NCBI GenBank assembly: GCA_045658725.1
Contig: JAZOVN010000283.1
Location: 1 to 48,109 of the forward strand
Direction of reading: 5' to 3'
DNA length: 48,109 nt
Source: Acutalibacteraceae bacterium
GTDB taxonomy: Bacteria; Bacillota; Clostridia; Oscillospirales; Acutalibacteraceae
Shown here: positions 37,289-45,340 of the stretch, piece after piece
Position numbering within the stretch: the first letter of the stretch is position 1
Layout of the letters: the number at the start of each line of letters is the position of its first letter
The notes under the pieces: model-generated
Told to the model about the DNA's origin: nothing
Databases searched by the model: none
The model's input: only the letters and a program-made list of their open reading frames with translations
Translations under genes and position numbers: made by a program

Positions 37289-37317
37289 TTGAAATATCGG
37301 AACTCTTGTGTTATACT
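37289..37317 (+). promoter_or_regulatory. Sigma-A promoter of dnaA
   Basis: TTGAAA-17 bp-TATACT with extended -10 TG. Confidence 0.65.
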
Positions 37318-37394
37318 CTATTATGTATCGTTATCGTTAGAATGAGAAAGAATGCGTAAAAATAAAAGAAAAAGAAAGATAAGGAGGATATTGC

Positions 37395-38714
37395 ATGGAT
37401 TCGCTCAAGGACATGTGGCAGCTTGCTTGTGAAAAGCTTAAAGAAAGCTGCGGAGAAGTTATTTACGATATCTGGATAAAGCCACTCGAAATAATCCGTT
37501 TTGACGGTGCAAGGGTAGAAATTGCGGCAAGTGAATTTGTTAAAAAGATAATAGAACAGAAATTTCATAATGAATTAAAGGATGCTTTCAGATCGGTTAT
37601 GGGTTTTGATGTTGAGGTGGTACTCATCGACCCCGACAAAGCTCAGCAGGTACAGGCTCAGCCCGAAAGAACTAAAGCTCCTTCCGTAACATCAACAAGC
37701 ATTGAAACAAATACTTTCGAAACCTTTGTTGTCGGCTCATCAAACCGATTTGCTCATGCGGCTGCACAGGCGGTTGCGGCAACTCCGGGTTCTGCATATA
37801 ACCCGCTTTTCATTTACGGTAATTCCGGTCTCGGAAAAACCCACCTTCTTTGTGCTATCAGCAATGAAGTCAAACGCAACAAGCCCGATGCGGATATCAT
37901 CTTCACAAGAGGCGAGGACTTCGTTACTCTTATTGTTGAAGGTATCAAGAGTCAGAAAATGAAGGAAATCCACGAGAAATACAGAAACTGCGATGTGCTT
38001 CTCGTTGACGATATTCAGTTTATCGCAGGCAAGGAATCAACTCAGGAAGAATTCTTCCACACCTTCAACGCACTCACACAGGATAACAAGCAGATTGTTC
38101 TGACCTCTGACCGTGCACCGAAGGATATTGAAATTCTTGACGAAAGACTTCGCAACCGTTTCGAGTGGGGACTTATTGCTGACATTCAGCCGCCCGATAT
38201 CGAAACAAGGATGGCAATTATTCAGCGTAAGGCAACTACTCTCGGTCTTGAGCTTCCGCAGGATGTTGTTCAGTTTGTGGCAGAAAAAATCAAAACAAAT
38301 ATCCGTCAGCTTGAAGGTGCGGTAAAGAAAATCAACGCACTCGTAAATATTGAAGGTGCCTCCATCAATATTGCGATGGCACAGAATGCAATCAAGGACA
38401 TTATGAATGACAGCAGACCTGTTTCTTCGATTGTAGGAAATATCATTACAGAAACTTCAAGAACCTTCGGCGTGCCCCAGGCAGACATAACTTCAAAAAA
38501 GAAGGATGCAAAAACCGCAAAGGCAAGACAGGTTGCAATTTATATTGTAAGAGAGATTACCGACCTCACTCAGAAGGAAATCAGCGAATATTTCGGCAAC
38601 AGAGACCGCACAACCATTCTCTATTCAATCGAATCAATCAAGCAGGAGGTTGAAAGAGATTCTTCTCTTAAAAAGACGGTTGACAACATAATCAAGAATG
38701 CCCGCGAACAGTAA
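37395..38714 (+). CDS. dnaA: Chromosomal replication initiator DnaA
   Basis: FVVGSSNRFA, YNPLFIYGNSGLGKTHLL, LLVDDIQF, TQEEFFHTFN, RFEWGL, NIRQLEGA; divergent from rpmH. Confidence 0.97.
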   Translation: MDSLKDMWQLACEKLKESCGEVIYDIWIKPLEIIRFDGARVEIAASEFVKKIIEQKFHNELKDAFRSVMGFDVEVVLIDPDKAQQVQAQPERTKAPSVTSTSIETNTFETFVVGSSNRFAHAAAQAVAATPGSAYNPLFIYGNSGLGKTHLLCAISNEVKRNKPDADIIFTRGEDFVTLIVEGIKSQKMKEIHEKYRNCDVLLVDDIQFIAGKESTQEEFFHTFNALTQDNKQIVLTSDRAPKDIEILDERLRNRFEWGLIADIQPPDIETRMAIIQRKATTLGLELPQDVVQFVAEKIKTNIRQLEGAVKKINALVNIEGASINIAMAQNAIKDIMNDSRPVSSIVGNIITETSRTFGVPQADITSKKKDAKTAKARQVAIYIVREITDLTQKEISEYFGNRDRTTILYSIESIKQEVERDSSLKKTVDNIIKNAREQ

Positions 38715-38756
38715 CGGACAGTCTGACACTATACATTATATATATAGAGGTACACA

Positions 38757-39680
38757 ATGGGACTTTTCAAACGAATAAATCAGGGTCTTAAAAAGACAAG
38801 AGATAATATGACGGGCGCAATCAATGCCGCTCTTCACGGAAGAAATGAAATTGACGATGACTTTTATGACGAGCTTGAAGAAATTCTTGTTATGTCCGAT
38901 GTCGGCGTAACAACGGCAATGGAGATTGTTGAAAAGCTTCGTGATTCCGTGTTCAAAAAAGGTCTCCGCAGAGCAAAGGATGTCAAGAAAGAAATCAAGA
39001 ATATCGTTGCAGAGCTTCTCAGCGGCGGCGAAGAAATTGATATGATAACCGTGCCTTCGGTTATCCTTGTTATCGGTGTAAACGGTGTTGGCAAAACAAC
39101 ATCAATCGGTAAGATGGCAGCTATGTTCAAGGCAGAGGGAAAAAAGGTTATTCTCGGTGCTGCGGATACATTCAGAGCTGCTGCGATCGACCAGCTTGAA
39201 ATCTGGGCAGACCGTGCAGGTGTTGATATTGTAAAGCATAAAGAAGGTGCAGACCCCGCAGCGGTTGTTTTTGATACAATCGAGGCAGGCAAGGCAAGAA
39301 ACGCTGATATAATCATCTGCGATACTGCAGGCAGACTCCACAACAAGAAAAACCTTATGGAAGAGCTTGCAAAGATTTATCGCATCATGGACCGTCAGCT
39401 TCCTTATGCTGACCGTGAAATTCTGCTTGTGCTTGACGCAACAACAGGACAGAATGCCGTAAATCAGGCAAAGGAATTCAAGGATGTTGCCGAAATCACG
39501 GGCATTATCCTCACCAAGCTTGACGGCACCGCAAAGGGCGGCGTTGTGCTTGCTATCAAGAATGACCTCAAGGTGCCTGTTAAGTTTATCGGCGTCGGCG
39601 AAGGAATCGACGACCTCAGACCCTTCAATCCCCATGCTTTTGCAGAAGGATTGTTTGAAGAAGACAATGATGAGGAATAA
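38757..39680 (+). CDS. ftsY: Signal recognition particle receptor FtsY
   Basis: GVNGVGKTTSIGK, DTFRAAA, DTAGR, DATTGQN, TKLDGTAKGG. Confidence 0.97.
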   Translation: MGLFKRINQGLKKTRDNMTGAINAALHGRNEIDDDFYDELEEILVMSDVGVTTAMEIVEKLRDSVFKKGLRRAKDVKKEIKNIVAELLSGGEEIDMITVPSVILVIGVNGVGKTTSIGKMAAMFKAEGKKVILGAADTFRAAAIDQLEIWADRAGVDIVKHKEGADPAAVVFDTIEAGKARNADIIICDTAGRLHNKKNLMEELAKIYRIMDRQLPYADREILLVLDATTGQNAVNQAKEFKDVAEITGIILTKLDGTAKGGVVLAIKNDLKVPVKFIGVGEGIDDLRPFNPHAFAEGLFEEDNDEE

Positions 39681-39685
39681 TAAAT

Positions 39686-40288
39686 ATGGATTATATAATT
39701 GCTACTCATAACATGAAAAAGAGAGACGAGATGCAGAGAATTCTCGCTCCTCTCGGAATCCGTGTTCTTCTTGCGGAGGAAGCAGGTATTGAGCTTACCG
39801 ATGCGGAAGAAACAGGAACAACTTTTGAAGAAAATGCATACATCAAAGCTGAAAGCGGATGCAGAGAAAGCGGAATGCCCTGCATTGCGGATGATTCGGG
39901 TCTTGCAGTTGATTTTCTTGACGGAGCTCCCGGTGTTTATTCCGCAAGATATGCGGGTGAGCACGGCAACGACGATGCAAACAACAAAAAGCTTTTCAAG
40001 GCACTTGAAAATGTTGAGCCTGCCGAAAGAGGTGCGGCATATGTGAGCGTTGCATGCTGCGTTTATCCCGACGGAAGAAAGCTTATTGCAAGAGGCGAAT
40101 GCAGAGGCACTATCGGATACGAAGAAATCGGCAACGGCGGTTTCGGTTATGACCCCCTTTTCCTTCCCGTTGAATACGGCGGAGAAAAGACAATGGCTCA
40201 GCTTACCGCTGAAGAAAAAGACGCAATCAGCCACAGAGGCAAATCCGTGCGTCTTCTTGCAAAACAGATAGAGGAGTTGGATTTATGA
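39686..40288 (+). CDS. rdgB: Non-canonical purine NTP pyrophosphatase (RdgB/HAM1)
   Basis: EETGTTFEENA, ADDSGL, PGVYSARY, GFGYDPLF, ISHRG. Confidence 0.95.
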   Translation: MDYIIATHNMKKRDEMQRILAPLGIRVLLAEEAGIELTDAEETGTTFEENAYIKAESGCRESGMPCIADDSGLAVDFLDGAPGVYSARYAGEHGNDDANNKKLFKALENVEPAERGAAYVSVACCVYPDGRKLIARGECRGTIGYEEIGNGGFGYDPLFLPVEYGGEKTMAQLTAEEKDAISHRGKSVRLLAKQIEELDL

Positions 40289-40716
40289 CGAGTAAAGAAA
40301 GAGCGGCACTCAGAGCACAGGCAAACGGACTTGAACCCCTTTTTCAGATCGGCAAGGGCGGGATTTCCGATGCACTGATTGAGCAGACCGCAGATGCTCT
40401 CAGAAAAAGAGAGCTTATAAAATTAAAGGTTCTTCTTGAAAGTGCTCCCGAAAGCCCGAGAGAATTTGCAGACAAGCTTGCCGAAGCAACAGGCAGCGAG
40501 GTTGTGCAGGTTGTGGGCGGAAGCATCGTTTTCTACAAGGAAAATCCCGACAAGGATAAAGAAGAGAAAAAGAAGAAGCCCGCAAAGAAAGGCAAGCCTC
40601 TTTCAAGAGTCAAGGCAAAGAGAGCGGCAGCCGCAAAGCGTGAAGCTGAAGAAAAGAAAAATAAAAAAGATTTTTATGCAAAGAAGCGTGTGTATAAGGC
40701 AAAAACCGCAAAATGA
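40285..40716 (+). CDS. yhbY: YhbY/CRM RNA-binding protein with Lys-rich tail
   Basis: MTSKERAALR, QIGKGG, RELIK, VVQVVG. Confidence 0.9.
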   Translation: MTSKERAALRAQANGLEPLFQIGKGGISDALIEQTADALRKRELIKLKVLLESAPESPREFADKLAEATGSEVVQVVGGSIVFYKENPDKDKEEKKKKPAKKGKPLSRVKAKRAAAAKREAEEKKNKKDFYAKKRVYKAKTAK

Positions 40717-40793
40717 TGTGTTGTTGCGTAAACTGTAACACATTATTTCCGATTTAAAAAATTTTTCAATTCCGATGCAACAAAAAACGGGTA

Positions 40794-40823
40794 TTGACAC
40801 ACTAATATAATGTGTGGTACAAT
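40794..40823 (+). promoter_or_regulatory. Sigma-A promoter of smpB-ssrA
   Basis: TTGACA-18 bp-TACAAT with extended -10 TG. Confidence 0.7.
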
Positions 40824-40847
40824 CGCAAATCACGAAAGGTAAATAAA

Positions 40848-41306
40848 ATGGAGAAGAACGGCTCAATCAGAATAATTGCTCAGAACAAGAAAGCGTATCA
40901 CGATTTTTTTGTTCTTGAAAAGCTTGAAGCAGGCATTGAGCTTTTCGGCACGGAGGTCAAATCCATCCGTCAGGGAAAAATCAATCTCAAGGATTCGTGG
41001 TGCTTTGTCAAGGACGGCGAAATGTTTGTCAACGGAATGCATATCAGTCCTTACGAACATGGCAATATCTTCAACCGTGATCCTCTGAGAACCAAAAGGC
41101 TTCTGCTTCACAAGCGTGAAATCAGAAGATTTTATTCTCAGGTCAAGCAGGAAGGTCTTGCAATCGTTCCTCTCAGCGTTTATTTTCTTAAAGGCAGAGC
41201 AAAGGTTGAAATTGGTCTTTGTAAAGGTAAAAAACTTTACGATAAGCGTGCCGTTGCAGCCCAAAAAGATGCCAAAAGAGATATTGAACGCAGTTTGAGA
41301 AGATGA
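40848..41306 (+). CDS. smpB: SsrA-binding protein
   Basis: NKKAYHDF, EAGIELFGTEVKSIR, HISPYEHGN, LLLHKREI, GKKLYDKR. Confidence 0.97.
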   Translation: MEKNGSIRIIAQNKKAYHDFFVLEKLEAGIELFGTEVKSIRQGKINLKDSWCFVKDGEMFVNGMHISPYEHGNIFNRDPLRTKRLLLHKREIRRFYSQVKQEGLAIVPLSVYFLKGRAKVEIGLCKGKKLYDKRAVAAQKDAKRDIERSLRR

Positions 41307-41360
41307 AATATCACAGCAAAGCAATATTTAACTGAAGCACGCAAGTGCTTCACCATATAC

Positions 41361-41709
41361 GGGGATGAAAGGATTTCGACGGGGAATCTGAGCCCGGATA
41401 AGCGAGTAGCGGTGCGGGACCGCTATAAAATCCGCAATTCTTAAATTTAAACGACAACAATAAAGTTGCACTTGCTGCTTAACTAAGCAGCCGTCTCTGT
41501 GCGGAGGACTGCGGCCGCATAAGAGGCGTCGATCAGCAGTGAACGTGAACGGGTAACGGCGGATAGCCCGTCATGCATAATCTGTCTACCAAGCATCGGA
41601 GCCTGCCCTTCGGCGTCGGTGTAAGGGAATGTTAAAAGACGGGATACACTCGTAGAAGGTCCCTGCAAGGGTTTTTCGGACGCGGGTTCGGTTACCGCCA
41701 TCTCCACCA
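41361..41709 (+). ncRNA. ssrA: tmRNA; predicted tag (A)DNNKVALAA
   Basis: 5' GGGGATG pairs with 3' CATCTCC-A-CCA including G3-U70; GGATTTCGAC; tag ORF 41453-41482; follows smpB. Confidence 0.95.
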
Positions 41710-41710
41710 G

Positions 41711-41768
41711 GACATTGTCTTGCTTTTTTGCAAGACAATGTCAATGAAATCCGTTTGTTAAAACGGAT
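41711..41768 (+). terminator. Two hairpins downstream of tmRNA
   Basis: GACATTGTCTTGC...GCAAGACAATGTC and ATCCGTTT...AAACGGAT. Confidence 0.5.
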
Positions 41769-41877
41769 GAAACAGAGCCAAAACATTAAAATATTACCAA
41801 TCCCATCGCATGGGCGGCCATCGGTTGCCCGAAGTTAAACAGGGGCACAAAAGAACATAACAAAAGGAGGAAAAAAG

Positions 41878-42948
41878 ATGAAGAAAAAAGCAAACCTTGC
41901 CGTTATCGGTGTTGCAGTGGTTGCGGCTTGTCTCGTAGCAGTTGCGGGAACGCTCGTTTTCAAGGCGAAAGTTGATATGCCGCCTGCAGAGAATACAGAG
42001 CTTACCGAAAGCATCGGCAACAATTATTATTTCCCCGAAGAAACAGAAAAGCAGACAGTCGGAGAAACTATCGGTTCGATTATCGACTTCACAACTCAGG
42101 TTATTACCGAAGAAGCAACAACCAGACCTGTTCCCACAACTCAGGCTCAGTCAACAACCAAGCCTGCTCAGACAACCGAACAGCAGACTCAGGCAACAAA
42201 GCCTACGCAGGCACCCACAGAAGCACCCACAGAGGAAGTTACCGTTCCTCAGCTTCAGGCAGGTCCCAACAGCGGTGTTGCGGTTACTCCGAGCAAAAAC
42301 CTTCCTCAGGATATGTCGTTCGCAGGTCTCAGCCTCATGGGCTATGATGTTATCGGCGGTAAATCATACATATATAATGATGATAAAGATCCCGAGTGTT
42401 TCCAGAAAAACTTCGGTTACAATCCCCTTTATGACTGGGGTGCACAGCTTATTGACTTCAGCATTGAAACAACAAGACTTGATTTCAATTATGATAATAA
42501 GCAGTACAGAATCCAGCTTTGGAAGGGTCAGTATATTTCAGGCTCAATCGGAACCGTCGGCGGTGAAATCGGTGTTTATACCCGTCCCAGAGGTTCGGTC
42601 GGCGAGCATTATAACTGTGCCGATGAAGATGATTGGCTTAAGATGGAAATGACTGTTTACTGGGATGAATTCGATAACGGTGAATATCTTCCTCAGTTCA
42701 CAAGAAACTACAATGATTTCTGGTGGGCAACAGGCTTCGTTGACGGTCAGCTCAAAAACCGCAAGGATTCAAACACTCTCAGAGTTCTTGGCAGAATAAC
42801 CTTTGAATCCGAAGAACAGGCAGAGGCATTTGATGCAGCTTTGTCAAAGAAGGGCTTCACAAACGTTGAAGAGTTCTCACCCTATGAAATTGACACCTAC
42901 AAGCGCTACGAAAAGGATGTTATTTTCATCTGGCAGAACATCAGATAA
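41878..42948 (+). CDS. Membrane-anchored DUF4474 domain protein with Thr/Gln-rich linker
   Basis: N-terminal TM; CFQKNFGYNPLYD, IQLWKGQY, GGEIGVY, WWATGF. Confidence 0.75.
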   Translation: MKKKANLAVIGVAVVAACLVAVAGTLVFKAKVDMPPAENTELTESIGNNYYFPEETEKQTVGETIGSIIDFTTQVITEEATTRPVPTTQAQSTTKPAQTTEQQTQATKPTQAPTEAPTEEVTVPQLQAGPNSGVAVTPSKNLPQDMSFAGLSLMGYDVIGGKSYIYNDDKDPECFQKNFGYNPLYDWGAQLIDFSIETTRLDFNYDNKQYRIQLWKGQYISGSIGTVGGEIGVYTRPRGSVGEHYNCADEDDWLKMEMTVYWDEFDNGEYLPQFTRNYNDFWWATGFVDGQLKNRKDSNTLRVLGRITFESEEQAEAFDAALSKKGFTNVEEFSPYEIDTYKRYEKDVIFIWQNIR

Positions 42949-43001
42949 GGAAATAAACCTCACAGAGGTTAAGGTATAATAATATAAAGGAGGAATTTGC
43001 A

Positions 43002-44270
43002 ATGAACAAGTTCAGCTTATCCAAGCAGAAGATTCTTATTCTTGCAATCAGCGCAATCGTTGTTATCGGCGGCGCTGTAGCGGCTGTTGCAATTTTCAGA
43101 AACAGCGACAAAGCCAAAGAAGACACAACAACCTCGGCAACCGTTTCGCAGTATGACTATGTTGAAGAAGAAACCTATTATGCAGATGTTCCCGTTTTTG
43201 TTACAGATGAAGATAATTCAACCGTAACAGATCCTTCGGGCAACGCACTCACAACCATCAAGAGAGTTGTTCAGACAACAAAGAAGGCTGCAAACAAGAC
43301 TCCCACAACAAAGAAGCCTGTTGCACAGACCAATGCACAGGCAACCAAAAAGCCCGGTAACACAGGTCTTGTTCAGGATGTTCTTGAAGACGGAGCTCTT
43401 GCAGGTTACAAATACGATGCAAACGGCGATTTCTACTACACAGACGATAAGGACTGCTGGCAGAAGAATGCAGGTTACAACGAAATTTACGATAACCTTG
43501 CTCCCGCAACTGCTATGTTCATCGACCAGATCCGTATCCGTTTCAGCTATGAAGGCAAGGACTGGATGCTTCAGTTCTGGAAAGGTCAGTACGGCTTCCT
43601 TCTCATCGGTGCTGAAATCGGTGTTTACACAGCTCCTCTCGGCACTTTCAAGAACGAAGGCGGCGCTGTTAACCACTACAGCTGTGCAGGTCAGGAAGAC
43701 TGGCTCAACATGCAGCTTGACTGCTACTGGGCACAGAACAACAACGGCAAATATAAGAAAGTATTCACAAGAGAATACGGCAAATATTGGTGGGCAACAG
43801 GCTTCGTTAAGGGTCAGCTCACAAAATACACTCATCCCAGAACCGAACTTAAGGTTAAGGGCAGAATCACATTCAAGTCAAACGACATGGCAACCCTCTT
43901 TGTTTACGGTCTTAAGGAGGCAGGCTTCGTAAGAGCAATCGGCTCAGATCAGCTTGTTGACGATTCATACTATCAGAACGGCAAGGATGTCTGGGTACTC
44001 TGGTCAACCGTATATCACGATTGCTTTGTTGATGAAAACGGCAACCCCGTTTCCGCAACAACAACCAAGAAGCCCGTGACAGTTCCTGTTACAACAACAA
44101 AGAAGGCTGAACCCACAACCGTTAAGCCCACAGAAGCTCCCACTCAGGCACCTACACAGGCTCCCACTCAGGCTCCTACTCAGGCTCCTACAGCAGCTCC
44201 TACTCAGGCTCCTACAGAGGCACCCACTCAGACTCCTACACAGACTACTCCTGCAGGATCTGATGAATAA
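43002..44270 (+). CDS. Membrane-anchored DUF4474 domain protein with Thr-rich linker and PTQA tail
   Basis: N-terminal TM; CWQKNAGYNEIYD, QFWKGQYG, GAEIGVY, WWATGF. Confidence 0.75.
   Translation: MNKFSLSKQKILILAISAIVVIGGAVAAVAIFRNSDKAKEDTTTSATVSQYDYVEEETYYADVPVFVTDEDNSTVTDPSGNALTTIKRVVQTTKKAANKTPTTKKPVAQTNAQATKKPGNTGLVQDVLEDGALAGYKYDANGDFYYTDDKDCWQKNAGYNEIYDNLAPATAMFIDQIRIRFSYEGKDWMLQFWKGQYGFLLIGAEIGVYTAPLGTFKNEGGAVNHYSCAGQEDWLNMQLDCYWAQNNNGKYKKVFTREYGKYWWATGFVKGQLTKYTHPRTELKVKGRITFKSNDMATLFVYGLKEAGFVRAIGSDQLVDDSYYQNGKDVWVLWSTVYHDCFVDENGNPVSATTTKKPVTVPVTTTKKAEPTTVKPTEAPTQAPTQAPTQAPTQAPTAAPTQAPTEAPTQTPTQTTPAGSDE
44127..44246 (+). repeat. Coding tandem repeat, 10 x 12 bp (PTQA-like)
   Basis: PTEA PTQA PTQA PTQA PTQA PTAA PTQA PTEA PTQT PTQT. 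Confidence 0.9.
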
Positions 44271-44372
44271 GAACGGATTACCGGATCCGCCAAAAAAACA
44301 GTTAATTATGCAAGGTGCACAATATAAATTGATAACATTTTGAAATTTATACACTTAAAATATTAAAAAGTG

Positions 44373-44401
44373 TTGACAAAACGGTTACAATATGTTACTA
44401 T
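44373..44401 (+). promoter_or_regulatory. Sigma-A promoter of the surface protein gene
   Basis: TTGACA-17 bp-TACTAT with extended -10 TG. Confidence 0.7.
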
Positions 44402-44452
44402 TAGGTAACAATTGTTGCTCTTGCAATAAAATTTGAAAGGAATGGTTCAAAA

Positions 44453-45112
44453 ATGAAGAAAGTAATTTCACTCGCTCTTGCAGTTATCATGGCTCTCTCA
44501 ATGACAGCTATGGCATTTGCAGCAGAAACAACAACAGCTAAGGCTACTCCCGACGAACCCCTCAAGGCTTGCCCTGTTTGCGGTATCGAATTCAGAGATG
44601 GCGGCGATTTCAATGATCACCTCGCTCTCTGCCGTGCAAAGACTTGCTCAAAGTGCGGCGAAGTTTTCGCTGGCGAAGCTGAGTACAACGTTCACGTTGA
44701 AAAGTGCACAGTTGGCGACACAAAGGATTATGTTGACCTTACAATTAAGGAAATCCTCAACGCTATCCTTGAAATCGTTAAGGGTTCAATGAGCCAGTGG
44801 GATGGCATCGAAGATGTTGTCGTTCGCATCATTGACTTCATCGAAAACATCGGCACAGGTCTTGTTCCTGAAGCAGACGTTAACGGTGCTATCGCAGAGC
44901 TCGAAGGCCTCAACATCCCCGGCATCGACGGTCTCCTCGATCAGCTTAAGGCAAAGATCAAGGCTCTCTATGCAGGTGAAGTAGCAACAACAGTTGCTGA
45001 AACAACTGCAGCTGCTCCTGCAGATACAGGTTCAGCATCAGTTGGCATCGCTGTTTTCGCAGCTGTTTCAGTTGCAGCAGCAGCAGCTTATGTTTGCACA
45101 AAGAAGGACTAA
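44453..45112 (+). CDS. Secreted, probably sortase-anchored protein with two CCHC zinc-finger-like motifs
   Basis: Signal peptide ending AFA; two C-x2-C-x12-H-x3-C motifs; C-terminal PADTG plus hydrophobic stretch plus KK. Confidence 0.75.
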   Translation: MKKVISLALAVIMALSMTAMAFAAETTTAKATPDEPLKACPVCGIEFRDGGDFNDHLALCRAKTCSKCGEVFAGEAEYNVHVEKCTVGDTKDYVDLTIKEILNAILEIVKGSMSQWDGIEDVVVRIIDFIENIGTGLVPEADVNGAIAELEGLNIPGIDGLLDQLKAKIKALYAGEVATTVAETTAAAPADTGSASVGIAVFAAVSVAAAAAYVCTKKD

Positions 45113-45169
45113 TTCTTAGTTCCGACTTGTTATTTGATTGAATTAGCGCAAGAATTTAATTGAATAGCG

Positions 45170-45201
45170 GCGGCGTATCCGAAAGGATGCGCCGCTTTTT
45201 T
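45170..45201 (+). terminator. Intrinsic terminator
   Basis: GCGGCGTATCC-GAAA-GGATGCGCCGC-TTTTTT. Confidence 0.85.
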
Positions 45202-45340
45202 CTTTTGTTCAACTCCAACAAAAACAATATGTGTTTTTAGTGGAAAATGTTGTCTTTAAAATATGGGATATAGGTGATATAATATTATAGAAGGTTTGCC
45301 TTGAAAGGTAAGCCTGCTAAATTCATAAGGAGAAATAACG

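Noticed and set aside
44127-44246. Possible CRISPR array
   Set aside because: Contiguous in-frame 12-bp coding repeat with no spacers and no cas genes.
41710-45200. Genomic island integrated at tmRNA
   Set aside because: No integrase, no duplicated ssrA 3' end seen in the window, and codon style looks native.
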